A stretch of DNA of 64,000 nt from Squalus acanthias (lineage: Eukaryota): positions 72,416,001-72,480,000 of the forward strand of contig CM059426.1 of the NCBI GenBank assembly GCA_030390025.1, in the 5' to 3' direction. The notes under the pieces are model-generated. The model saw only the letters and a program-made list of their open reading frames with translations. It ran no database searches and was not told the origin of the DNA. A program made the position numbers and the translations under genes. Below, piece by piece: positions 36,622 through 50,003 of this stretch (positions are counted from its first letter, which is position 1; every line of letters starts with the position of its first letter).

Positions 36622-39600
36622 CACAGAGCCATAGAGTCATAACGGCACAGAAGGAGACCATTCGGCCCATTGAGTCCATGCCAGCTCTCTGTAGAGCAAT
36701 TCAGTCAGTCCCATTTCCCCGCTCTATCCCCGTAGCCCTGCAAGTTTATTTCCCTCGTGCCTATCCAGTCTCCCCTTGAAAACATTGAGTGTCTCCGTTT
36801 CCACCACTTCTGTTGGCAGCGAGTTCCAGGTCCTCACCACTCGCTGCATAAAAAAGTTTTTCCTCACCTCCCCCCTGTATCTCTTGCCCAAAACCTTAAA
36901 TCTGTGTCTCCTAGTCCTTGCACCATCAACTAGTGGGAACAGCCTTTCCCCGTCTAGCCTATCCAAACCTGTCATAATCTTGTACACCTCTATCAAATCA
37001 CCCCTCAACCTTCTTTGCTCTAATGAAAACAAATCCAGCTTCTCCAACCTGTCCTTGTAGCTAAGATCCTCCATCCCCGGAATCATTCTGGTAAATCCTC
37101 CTCCGCACCCTCTCAAGGGCCTTCACATCCTTCCTAAAGTGTGGTGACCAGAACTGGACGCAATACTCCAGTTGTGGCCTAACCAGCGCTTTATAAGGTT
37201 CAGCATAACTTCTCTACTTTTGTACTCAATACCTCTAATATGAAGCCTAAGATCCCACATGCTTTGCTAACCACTCTCTCAATATGTCCTGCCACCTTCA
37301 GGGACCTATGCACATTAACTCCCAGGTCCCTCTGTCACTGCACACACTTTAAAACTGTGCCATTAAGTGTATACTGCCTCTCTCTGTTCCTTCTGCCAAA
37401 ATGCATCACCTCACACTTCTCTGTATTAAATTCCATCTGCCACTTGTCTGCCCATTCTGCTAGCCTTTCTATGTCCTGCTGCAGTTGATTGGTATCATCC
37501 TCACTGTTTGCCACACCCCCAAGTTTGGTGTCATCGGCAAATTTAGAAATTCTACTCTATATTCTAGTATCCAGGTCATTTATATATATCAAAAAAAGCA
37601 GTGGCCCCAGCACTGACCCTTGGGGAACACCACTGTCTACCATCCTCCAGTCTGAAAAACAGCCATTTACCACAACTCGCAGTTTTCTATCCTTAAGCCA
37701 ATTCCTTATCCAAGCTGCCACTGACCCACCTATTCCATGAGCCTCAATTTTTGTTAACATAGAAACATAGAAACATAGAATCTAGGAGCAGGAGTAGGCC
37801 ATTCGGCCCGTCGAGCCTGCTCCACCATTCAATACGATCATGGCTGATCATTCAAATCCAGTACCCTGTCCCTGCTTTAATCCCCACAGTACACATATCC
37901 CACCCTACCCCCGTAACCCCACGTATTTAATTCCCCCTAACATATCCCATCACCCCACATATTTAATCCCCCCTAACACTAAGGGTCAATTTATCATAGC
38001 CAAATCAACCTAACCCACACATTTTTGGACTGTGGGAGGAAACCGGAGCACCCGGAGAAAACCCACGCAGACACGGGGAGAATGTGCAAACTCCACACAG
38101 ACAGTCACCCGAGGTCAGATTCGAACCAGCCTTCTATGTGGTACTTTGTCAAACGCCTTCCTAAAATCCATGTAGACAACATCCATTGCATTTCTTTCAT
38201 CAATCCTCCCTGTTACTTCGTCAAAAAATTCAATTAGATTAGTCAAACATGATCTGCCTTTTACAAATCCGTGGTGCCTCTCCTTAATTAGCTTAAACCT
38301 CTCCAAGTGCCCGTTAATTTTTTCCTTGATTATTGTTTTAAAACTTTACCCACCACTGATGTTAAACTGACCGGCCTGTAGTTACTAGGATTGTCCTTAC
38401 ACCTTTTCTTGAACAAGGGTGTCACATTTGCCACTTTCCAAACCTCAGGCACCTCCCCCGCATCTAGGGAAGATTGGAAAATTATGGCAAGCCCATCCGC
38501 TATCTCCTCCCCCAATTCCCTTAGCAACCTGGGATACAAGCCATCTGGATCAGGCGACTTATCCACTCTAAGCATACCCAGCCTTTCTAGTACATACTGT
38601 CTATCAATTATCACCCCTTCCGTTGCTTCTACCTTTTCCAATTCTACCGATATTTTGTCAGCATCCACCTCCTTAGTAAACACCGATACAAAGTACTCAT
38701 TGAATATTCTAGCCTTGCCCTGTGCCTCTAAGCATATATCACCTTCTTTGTCCCTAATAGGCCCCACATCGCCTCTTACTACCCGCTTACTGTTTACATG
38801 CCGGTAGAAGATTTTTGGGTTACCTTTTATGTTAACCGCCATTCTACTCTCATATTCTCTCTTTGCCAATCTTCACTTCCCCTCTCAACTTATTGTATTT
38901 GGTCTGGTTCTCCCTTGAAGAATTCACCTGACATTCATCATACACCCTCTTTTTTTGTTTCATCATCTTCTCTATCTCCCTCGTCATCCAAGGAGCCCTT
39001 TCTTTGGTTCCCTTACCCTTCCCTCTTGTTGGAATGTACCTAGCCTGTACTTGGAACATCTCCCCCTTAAAGATCACCTATTGTTCCATTACAATTTTTC
39101 CTGTCAGTCTTTGGTTCCATTTTACCCTGGCTAGATCCTTTCGTATCCCATTGAAGTTAGCCCTATTCCAGTTTAGAAGTTCCACTCTAGATTGTTCCTT
39201 GCTCCTCTCCTTTGCTAATCTAAATCTTATGATACGATGATCACTTGTACCCAAGTGTTCTCCCACAGACACTTGGTCAACCTGGCCCACCTCATTCCCC
39301 AGCACCAGATCCAGCAATGCCTCCTTCCTAGTTGGACCAAGAACATACTGGTCAAGGAAATTTTCCTGAACACATTTCAGAAATTTCTCCCCCTCCTTTC
39401 CCTTTACCCTAGCATTATCCCAATCGATATGGGTAATTAAAGTCCCCCAATATCACCACTCTATAGCTCTTGCATATCTCTGCGATTTCCCTGCAGATTT
39501 GCTCCTCTACTTCCCTCTCACTATTTGGAGGCCTGTAGAATACCCCCAATAGCGTGATCATACCCTTTTTGCTCCTCAACTCTAACCAAATGGATTCTGT

Positions 39601-41250
39601 CCTTGTCCCCTCAAGAACATCCTCCCTTTCCAACACTACAATGTCATCCTTAATCAGAACTGCCACCCCACCTCCCTTTTTTCCTTCCCTATCTTTTCTG
39701 AACACCTTGTACCCTTGAATATTAAGTGCCCGATCCTCACCGCTTTTAAGCCACGTTTCCGTTATTGCCACAACATCATATTGCCACGCGGCTAATTGTG
39801 CTTGTAGCTCACCAACCTTATTCACCACACTTTGTGCATTTACGAACATGCATTTTAAACCCATTTTTGAATTTTTCGTAGTCATTCTTAGTCTGCTCCT
39901 ATCTAATATGGTACTTCTTCCGCCTCTAGTACTACTTTCTTCTCTAGTACTATCCAACACACTCACTCTTTTATGCACCTTATTCCTCTTTTCTACTCCT
40001 ATATGCTGGTGCCCATCCCCCTGCCAAGCTAGTTTAAACCCTCCCCAACAGCACTAGCAAACCTCCCCGTGAGAATATTGGTCCTGGCTCCCTTGAGGTG
40101 TAACCCGTCCGGCTTGTACAGGTCCCACCTTCCCCAGAAACGGTCCCAATGCCTCAGGAATCTAAAGCCCTCCCTCCTGCACCATCTCTCCATCCACGCA
40201 TTCATCTGTTCTATCCTCCTATTCCTGTACTCACTAGCACGTGGCACCGGGAGTAATCCGGTGATTACTACCTTTGAGGTCCTGCTTTTTAATCTCTTTC
40301 CTAGTTCCCTATAGTCTGCCTGCAGGACCTCATCCCTCTTTCTGCCTATGTCGTTGGTACCGATATGGACCACGACCACTGGCTGTTCACCCTCCCTCCT
40401 CAGAGTGTCCTGCAGCCACTCAGTGACATCCTTGACCCTGGCACCAGGGAGGCAACATACCATCCTGGAATCACGCCTGCATCCACAGAAATGCCTATCT
40501 GTTCCCCTAACCAATGAATCCCCTATCACTATTGCTCTTCCACTCTTCTTCCTCCCCCCCATGCAGCTGAGCCACCCGTGGTGCTGTGGCCTTGGCTTTG
40601 GCTGCTCTCCCCAGAGGAACCATCGCCCTCACCAGTTTCCAGAACTGTGAACCAGTTAGCGAGCGAGATGCACTCTGGGGATTCCTGCCCTACCTGCCTG
40701 GTCCTCCTCCGTCTGGTGGTCACCCATTCTCTCTCTGCCTGCACATTCTGAGGCTGCGGGGTGACCACTTCTAGAAACGTGCTTTCCAAGTATTTCTCCG
40801 CCTTGCGGATGCACTGTACTGACTCCAGCTGCCGCTCAAGCTCCGAAACCCGAAGCTCGAGTTGCTGCAGTTGGCGACACTTCCTGCACACGTGGTCGTC
40901 CAGGCTGCAAGAAGCGTCCAGGATTTCCCACATGGCACAGGACGTGCAAATCACGGGACTGAGCTGCCCTGCCATACCTCTATTTACCAGACTATGGAGG
41001 TAATTTAGCAGAAATAAACTTAAAACTTAACAAGAAACATTCAACAGCTACCCAATAATCAGCACTTCCCTCTATTAGATAGGCTATGAACAACTTAGCA
41101 GAAATATACTCAAAACAGAACAAAAAAAACTTACCACAAATACTCACCCTATACTCACCTCTCAGCTCCCTTGTGCCAGCGACACCTTTGTGATTTTTTT
41201 TCACTTGGTTTGTTGCTCAGCTGCTCCGCTCTGCTCCCACTCTTTTTGGT
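36622..41250 (-). mobile_element. Near full-length decayed CR1 LINE (5'UTR, ORF1, ORF2, tail)
   Basis: ORF1 40975-40029 (CTSC..CRKC zinc-finger-like, leucine zipper, GDSL/SGNH esterase IGDSLV, GTNDI, DGLH; one frameshift ~40560); ORF2 endonuclease 39415-39978; RT pieces 38330-38869, 38115-38306, 37557-37760, 36724-37116. The 5' boundary is approximate. Confidence 0.9.
37757..38127 (-). mobile_element. 5'-truncated HE1-like V-SINE nested in the CR1 RT
   Basis: Closely similar to 32459-32850; truncated at the B-box; host CR1 resumes at 'cagccttctatgtgg'. Confidence 0.88.
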
Positions 41251-42444
41251 ATTTAAATCCTGCGGCGGAATGATATTTCCTGCCCCAAAGGGGTAATCTC
41301 TCAATCAGAGGCAGCTCCAATGCCTAGAGCTTGCTCACATTATTTAAATAGGCTGAGCCCAGAAATTTCAGTGACATCGGCATTCATCATGTCAGGCAAC
41401 AACAAATCCCACCCCAACACACATCTGGCGGGGATTGCTTCTGCAACCCTGAGCCTTGCAGATATAAACTAGTCAATAATTATTGGTAACATAATTTCTA
41501 CGGTAAAGTTATGGAATTTAAACAAGGTAGTCATTTCTGGTAGTGTATTGAAATGTAGTCCCCACAATTGCCTTTTCTTTTAACATAACCTGAAAAAAAA
41601 CTGTTAAAATTAATAATGAAAAAATCTCCCAGTTGTTATCCATTATGAAGATATTTAAACATTCAGAGCCAAGGTCAATCTCAGTAATGCGTGATTTGTT
41701 TGTGTTGCTGACTGATTTTTACTCTCCATTACAGCTCTGTGATTGGCAAGAGCCCTGGGCAAAGACTTGAGTTTAGTGACACAATTACATGAAGTGCACA
41801 TTACTGAAACTGGCTGCCAATGAATACATTTGATTAATTTTACAACAAATGACACTAGGAAGAACATTTTTGAAAAAGGAAAGCTTTTTACCTCTTATCT
41901 GTACATCAGAAAAAAGTAATAAAGCAACTGTGTGACACTACAGTTTGAAGATACAAGAAACAAACACTGTCATTTCCAATAATATTCATGAGATATTTAC
42001 ACTTTCCACAGTGGTTTATCATGGAGGTGCATCTGATTCCTAAGGCCCAATCATGGTGTTAATCAACCAATCTCTGTTAGTCCTCTTCCTCATTTACCCA
42101 GCAGGGATTGGATACATACCCTTCAGAAAAATTGATTTAAAATTCACAAAACTACTCTGAATAGCACAATGCCTCAATGATATCCAATCCCTGGCCAAGT
42201 CTCGGATACTTGAAAGCAAAGAGCTCACAGTGTCTGCATGCTTTTGTTTGTATTTGTGTTTGGAAGATCTGGGACCTGAAATTCCACAGGTGATGTCATG
42301 ATATCGCATCGTAACTTTGGTGGAATCCCAGAGAAATGACATAAAAAAAACAAAAAAAAAGAAATGACCATTTTCAGACATTTATTTTGTTTCCCCAGGA
42401 ATTCCACCGATCTACCACTGAAATTATAGCAGCAGAGCAGGAAT

Positions 42445-43195
42445 ATAGGAATATAAGTAGGCCATTCAGCCCCTCGAATCTGTTCCGCCATTCAGTTAGT
42501 TCATGGCTGATCTGTACCTCAACTCCATTTATCCGGCTTTCTTCCATATCCCTTGCTACTCTTACCCAACAAAAATCTATCTATCTTATTCTTGAAAATT
42601 TAAATTGACCCAGCATCCACAGCCTTTTGGGGGAGCAAATTTCAGATTTTACCCTTTGTGTGAACAAGTACTTCCTGATTTCACTCCTAAATGGCCTAGC
42701 TCTAATTTTAAGATTATGCTCTCTTCTGGATTCCGCTAACAAATCCCATAATCATGTTAAAGACCTCGATTAGATCACCCCTCAACTTTCTAAACTCAAG
42801 GGAATACAAAACAAGTGTACACAACCTGTCCTCTTAATTTAACCCTTTAAGTCCTGGTATCATTCTAGTGAATCAGCGCTGTACCTCCTCCAAGACCAAT
42901 ATAATCTTCCTGAGATGTGGAGCCCAAAACTGAATGCAATACTTCAGATGCAGTCTGACCAAGGCTCTGTACAAACATCACTTGAAGCATCACTTCCTCA
43001 CTTTGTATTGTAACCCCTTGAGATAAAGGGCAACATGCCATTAGCATTTTTGATTACTTTTTGTATCTGTACACTAGCTTTTAGTGATTTGTGGACACCT
43101 AAATCCCTTTGCTCCTCCTCAGCCCTTCGTTTTTCACCATTAAGGAGATATTCTGATTTGTCTTTCTCAGATCCAAAGGGGATGACCTCACACTT
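42445..43195 (-). mobile_element. Degenerate 5'-truncated CR1
   Basis: CR1 tail 'gtaggccattcagcccctcgaatctgttccgccattc' and decayed ORF2 C-terminus. Confidence 0.8.
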
Positions 43196-43464
43196 AGCAT
43201 TTAAGTCTACACACTAAAAATATAATCAATTAAAACCTATTTAGACGCTGCTTAAATATATTTGTCTTGCTAAGCAGCTCTAGTGGGCGATGCATCCATT
43301 ATGATCATTTGATACCTTTTTCACAGAAATACTTTTTTCCCCTCTCCTTTCCTGAAGGTGAGGGGTTTTGCTGTGTAGTTCCACAGAGCTGGAAATCAAG
43401 TAGCCATTCTTTGTGTATGAGTCTGAACAGTGAGATTTGGCAACAAATATACCTATTTACATTT

Positions 43465-45245
43465 ATAAGAACATAAGAAATAGGAGCAGGAGTAGACCAT
43501 TTGGCCCTTCGAGCCTGCTCCGCCATTCAATAAGATCATGGCTGATCTTCTACCTCATCTCCACTTTCCTGCCCTATCCCCATATCCCTTGATTCCCTTA
43601 ATATTCAAAAATCTATCGATCTCTGTCTTGAATATACTCAACGACTGAGCCTCCACAACCCTCTGGGGTAGAGAATTCCAAAGATTCACCACCCTCTGAG
43701 TGAAGAAATTTCTCCTCTTCTCAGTCTTAAATGGCCGACCCCTTAATCTGAGACTGTGACCCCTGGTTCTAGACTCCCCAGCCAAGGGAAACATCCTCCC
43801 TGCATTTACCCTATCAAGCCCTGTAAGAATTTTGTGTGTTTCAATGAGATCACCTCTCATTCTTCTAAACTCTAGAGAATATAGGCCTAGTCTACTCACT
43901 CTCTCCTTCGTTGCACTCCCTCTATGGCAAGTATATCCTTCCTTAGGTAAGGAGACCAAAACTGTACACAATACTCCAGGTGTGGTCTCACCTATATAAT
44001 TGCAGTAAGACATCTTTACTCTTATACTCAAACCCTCTTGTAATAAAGGCCAACATACCATTTGCTTTCCTAATTGCTTGCTGTACCTGCATGTTAACTT
44101 TCAGTGATTCGTGTACAAGGACACCCAGGTCCCTCTGAACAGCAACATTTCCCAATCTCTCACCATTTAAAAAATACTCTGCTTTTCTATTTTTCCTACC
44201 AAAGTGGATAACTTCACATTTCTCCACATTATATTCCATTTGTCATGTTCTTGCCCATTCACTTAGCCTGTCTATATCCCTTGAAGCCTCCTTGCATCCT
44301 CCTCACAACTTACATTCCCACCCAGCTTTGTATCATCAGCAAACTTGGATATATTACATTTGGTCCCCTCATCCAAATCATTGATGTAGATTGTGAATAG
44401 CTGAGGCCCAATCACTGATCCTTGCGGTACCCCACTAGTTACAGCCTGCCAACCCGAAAATGACCCGTTTATTCCTACTCTCTGTTTTCTGTCCGTTAAC
44501 CAATCCTCAATCCATGCTGGTATATTACCCCCAATCCCATGAGCCCTAATTTTGTTTAATAACCTCTTATGTGGCACCTTATCAAATGCCTTCTGAAAAT
44601 CCAAATACACCATATCCACTGGTTCCCCCTTATCTATTTTGCTAGTTATAACCTCAAAAACTCTAACAGATTTGTCAAACACGATTTTCCTTTCATAAAT
44701 CAGTGTTGACTCTACTCAATCCTATTATTATTTACCACATCCTTAATAATAGATTCTAGCATTTTCCCTACTATTGATGTCAGGCTAACTGGTCTATAGT
44801 TCCCTGTTTTCTCTCTCCCTCCTGTCTTAAATAGTGGGGTTACATTTGCTACCTTCCAATCCGCGGGAACCGTTCCAAAATCTATGGAATTTTGGAAGAT
44901 GACAACCAATGCATTCACTATCTCCATAGCCACCTCTTTCAAAACCCTAGGATGTAGGCCATCAGGTCCAGGGGATTTATCGGCTTTTCTCCATTCATTT
45001 CTCCAGTACTATTTTATTACTAATACTAATTTCTTTCAGTTCCTCATTCTCGCTAGAGTCTTGATTCTCCACTATTCCCGTTTTTTGCGTCTTCTTCCGT
45101 GAAGACAGACACAAAGTATTTGTTTAATTTGTTTAATTTCTCTGCCATTTCTTTATTCCCCATTATAATTTCTCCTGTCTCGGCCTGTAAGGGACCCACA
45201 TTTACTTTCGCTAATCTTTTCCTTTTTACATACCGATAGAACTTT
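43465..45245 (-). mobile_element. 5'-truncated CR1 LINE
   Basis: ORFs 44712-44942, 44272-44682 (YLDFQKAFDKV, KFADD), 43988-44239, 43555-44061; AAGAACAT tail. Confidence 0.9.
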
Positions 45246-46855
45246 TAACATAGCTATATATTTATATAGCACTTTTAACACATCAAACCCCATTCAAAGA
45301 GGCTCCACAGATGCATAAACAGATGTCAAACAATAAGAGAAGAATGAGGTGACCTGACAAAGCTTGATTGCAGAAGTTGGTACTGCGGAGGATTATGCCA
45401 CACTATTCCTATTAAGATGCTTGCTTACATTTTTCTGGTCAGCTTTTCTGACTGGCTCTGGGCTTGAAATGGGCAAGTTTTCCTTTGCTAAGCCAGGCTT
45501 CCTCCTGACCTAGCTAGCTGACTGAGTGCCCCTGTGCTCTTTTCTCTCCGTGTATTTACAGGAAGTGAAAAGGCTTCCACCCTATACAGTGATTCGTCAG
45601 TAGGCCTGTCAATAAAACCATAAACCTCTCCTCCCCCCTTGGGGTGTGGGCATCAAGAATCTATCTCCTGCTATTCTCAAAATAAATAGATGGCTTAATA
45701 GGTCTGGGATGAGACAATTGGCTTTCATTATCTCCGTCTGTGAGCTATGACATTCCACAAACTGGTTCATCTGGCATTAATGCACATCTTCAATGCCTGC
45801 AGCATTGTTTTGTTTTTGTTAAACCTATGCAAATTTGCTTTCTTTAAAAACACAACATTTGAACATAATTTATTACCAAATCGTTAATGTGAATTAAAAC
45901 ATTAAATGTGATAAGGATTCACTCATTTATTAATTTGTTAAGAAACCAGAAGGCTAGCCAAGTGAATTAATTAATTTGCTTAAAAAACCCAAACCTTTTT
46001 GCCTGTTATTTTTTTTCTCACTAACTGAATTTTTTAATGTTCAAAACTTAAGCACTGAAGGAGGTCATTTGGTACATTATATCTGTTCTAACACTCCAGC
46101 TGGAGCTGTCTACTCGAATACAATTTTCCTTCCCTTTCCCATATCTCTTGCTTTTCAAACATTTTTCAAATACAATTCCCTTTTAAAGTATGTTATAGTC
46201 TCTGCCTCAATAGCTATTTGTGGCAAAGCATTCCATCTCTACTAATCCTCCATATACTCTATGAAAACTTTTCATGATTTTGAAAGCCTCTATTAGATTC
46301 CTCTGAAAATTCAATGTTCTGGGGGAATAAAAATATTTTTGTGCATATCTTCATAACTATAACCTTTCAGTCATGGTATGATTCTGGTGAATCTTCACTG
46401 CACCTTTTCCATGGTTCCAATAATAATTGTACAGAACTGACACAATATTCCAACTGTGGCTTAACCAATGTCTTATACAAATTCAACATCACTTCCTCGC
46501 TTTTATATTTAATGGCATTATATATAAAACACAGGCCTAGAAATTGGATATGGCCCGAAAATGGCCGGTGTCATGGCCCAGCGCTATTAAGCTGCGCCGG
46601 GTCAAACTGGTCTAGGTAGCACACAAAATTCGTGCTCCGTCCTCATTAACATGATTATAGTGCTGATCTCGGCGCTAAAACTGCTGCTCATTGGCTTACC
46701 GCTCAACAGGTGGGCCAATATCGGGTGCAGTCTAATTCTCAGTCATGTTTGGCCTAGGCTTTATCCAGTACTTAAAGTGGAGGTGCATTGATGCAACAGC
46801 ACCTCATTGTCTTCTACTTGGAACTCCACCTGGAAGCAGAACCAAGTACAAAGAG

Positions 46856-48676
46856 ATGGCTGAGCCTCAGCACAGGGAGAGAGCAAGATGCTTCTCAGAC
46901 GCAGCTCTGGAGGCACTGGTGGTGGCCGTGAAGAGGAGGCGGGCTGTCCTCTTCCCGCAGGCCGGCAGGAAGCCATCGGCCCATACGTCCAGAAGGCTGT
47001 GGCGGGAGATATCTGATTATGTGACGGCCACAAGTGTGGTCCCCAGGTCATCCAATGCCGCCAGATGTTTAATGACATCACACAGCAGGTCAAGGTGAGT
47101 GAAGGCTTCAGCAAATGCCATATCCAACTATCTGCACCACAAGCCTCACACACTGCTCAATGCACCACACCCCCAGCACTCACCTACCAACAATCTCTGC
47201 CTATCACCACTCATACCTTACAATCATAGCTTCACTTCACTTTCACAACCATACCACTGCTGCAACACTCACACCCACATCTCACACCTTGCACACACTG
47301 ACAGCTATTCAACTATGGCAAGCACATCACCCATATACATTGTACTACACTCACTCACACATTTCCCTTTCTCTTACAGTCCAAGGTCGCCGGGAGCAGT
47401 GGCAGGCAGGCAGGGGCAAGCTGCCATACAGGCCAACTGGAGGACTCAGTGCTTGACATAATTGGAGGGGAAGTCACCGAGGCCATGGCAATGGGCAAGG
47501 TTGAAGCCCTTACGGACAATAACGGTACGCTCATTCCTAATCCTTCTTCTCACATCCCACTACCCCTCATCCCACAATCTCTTCTCATTTACAAGCTGCT
47601 GATGACGTATGCATGGTTATCTTGCTTTCCCCCCGCCCTCCCCTCACAATAACCCGACTCGTGCCTTTCTGCTTTCAGATAACCAAGAACAAGCAGCAGC
47701 CCAGCCTGTTCCCGAGGCGATGGAGGAGAGCGAGGGGGGAGAAGAAGAAGACACACTATCACTGCATCTGTCACTCACAGACACCAGCTCAGAAAGGGGC
47801 ACTGCGCGGAATGTAGAGGGTAGTGTAGATGCGGGATCTGCACATGGTGAGGCAGCGGGCACGAGTGGGCTGCAGCAGAGCCAGGGGGAAAGGGTAGCTC
47901 GGGGGCCAGCTCCCCAGAGGGTGAGTTCGCGCGCGAGTTCTGCTACACACTACTCAGATGAGGACCACAAAGGGGTGGCCTTCAGAAGAAGGGTGATGGG
48001 TATGCACACCGAATTGCCAGGTGCAATGGCAAGCCTGCCAGAGAGCCTCTTGGCAATGTCAAGGAGCATGGAGGAGTCCGCCTTCAACATTGGTCCAGGC
48101 TTTGCGCAGAGCTTGGAGCCCATGATTTCCAGTCTGGAAATGATGGAAATCTCCTGGAGAGACCGTGTCGACCCAGACATGATGCTGTGTGTGATGGGCA
48201 ATGTTGCGGCTGCCATTGCAGCAGAGGCCCAACGTCTCAGTGCTGCCACACAAGCTCAGACTGCTGCCACCGTGGCTGGGTTTACCAACGTCGAACAGGG
48301 CTTGCAGGGTGTCGCAGCAGGCCAGCAATCTGTCCTGCACCAGATTGCTAGGAATGCTGAGGCGCCGCCCTGGGGGAGTGGCAGTGGGTCAGTGAAGCAG
48401 GACCCTGCTGTCCTCTCTCAGGATGACAGCATTCCTGCTCCTTCCACTGTAACTCTGCCATTGCTCTTGCCGCTGCATGTCAGCCAGCCAGCCCAGACTG
48501 CTACCGCCCATGCTGAGGTGGTGCAGTCTGCAGCTGGGCCTTCTAGGTCTAGTGCTGTCCTGGAAGGCCATCTGAAGTCTCCCCCACGGAAACTCAGCAG
48601 CCTTCCACCAGCCATGCTTCAGCCACTGGGGGAGCACTTTGTAGGAGCACTAGATCAGGAAAGGGCACCCGAATGA
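46856..48676 (+). pseudogene. Harbinger Myb/SANT-like DNA-binding protein gene (3 exons: 46856-47094, 47380-47524, 47679-48676)
   Basis: MAEPQHRERARCFSDAALEALV...LFP...LWREIS...QCRQMFND motif; GT-AG introns (aag|gtgagt, ttacag|, acg|gtacg, tttcag|); frameshift near 47050. Confidence 0.75.
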
Positions 48677-48879
48677 CAGACACTAAGGAATTGCACATGG
48701 GTGATTAGTTGATATAGTATGTGTAAATTGATTCTTGATAAATTTAATAATTTTGTTTGGAATCATTGTTTTGAAGTGTCTCTCATTTCAGCTTTGTGCA
48801 CAGGAGCACGCTGTGATATTCCATGACAGAGGGATGGTATGATGGAGATGTGGTTGACGGGGATGCGGTGAGCAACGGG

Positions 48880-50003
48880 GATCTGGGGTCCGGAATTGAA
48901 GTCTGATGAGGCATTCATGGACAGCCCGTGCCGAAGGGGGATTTGCTGCCTGTCTCCTCATCCTCCTCCTCCTCTTATTCTTCCCCCTCGTCTTCTTCCT
49001 CAGGTGGTCCCACAATCCCTGCTGGCAAGGGCTGCGCCCTCATGATGGCCAAGTTGTGAAGCATGCAGCAGACCACCACAAAATGGGACACCCGCTCCAC
49101 CGAGTATTGGATGCTCCTCCCGAGCGGTCAAGGCAGCGGAACTATTGCTTCAGTAGCCCGATGGTCTGCGCGATGATGTTCCTGGTGGCAGCATGACTCC
49201 CATTATATGAGTGCTGGGCACGAGTGGTGGGGTTGCGGAGGGGAGTCATCAGTCAGATGCAGACTGGATAGCCCTTGTCTCTGAGCAGCCACCCTCAGGT
49301 TTGACATGGTGGCTGGAAGATTGCTGGCACACCAGACTGGCGCAGGATGAAGGCATCATGACTGCTGTCAGGATAGCAGGCATTCACCATCATGATTCGC
49401 TGGGCATGGTCGTACACTAACTGTACATTAAGTGAGTGGTAGCCTTTGCAGTTACAGAACATCTCAGGATTGTTATGTGGATGCAGTCAATGGCACCCTG
49501 CACCATGGGAAGCCCGCTATCCTGGCAAGCCACATGCGCACTCCTCCTGCTTCTCTCTGCTCAGAGAGAAGAAAACGTAGTCCCTTCTCCAGGTGTAGAG
49601 AGCCTCTGTGACCTCTCAGATGCAGCGATGGAGGCCAAACTGGGAGATGATAGCTATGCCTCCTGCTGCAGACTGGAAGGATCCATTGGCAAAGAAATTG
49701 AGAGCCACGGTGACCTTGAGGGCAATGGGAGAGCCGTGGGTGCCCTGCTCTGAGGTTGCAGGAGGTGGCAGAGTTCTGTGACCACCTCCTTGCTGAAAAG
49801 GAACCTCCTAATACACTGCTCTTTGCTGAAGTGGAGATAAGAGAAGTGCTCTCAGAAGACCCTAGGTGGGTAAGACCTCCTGTTGAGAGCCCTCCTGGCC
49901 GTCCTCCTCCTCCCCCTGCACACATCTTCTCCTCTTCTTCACTGCCTCTGCTCCCTCTCCCTAAGATACTCGAGCGTGAGGGGGACTACCAGTAGAGCCC
50001 CTA
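48880..50003 (-). pseudogene. Harbinger (HARBI1-like) DDE nuclease, disrupted
   Basis: Reverse-strand motifs VQGAIDCIH (~49480), SHDAFILRQ (~49350), WLLRDKGYP (~49275), HAATRNIIAQTIGLLKQ*FRCLDRSGG, CCMLHNLAIMRG; stops and frameshifts. Confidence 0.85.
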
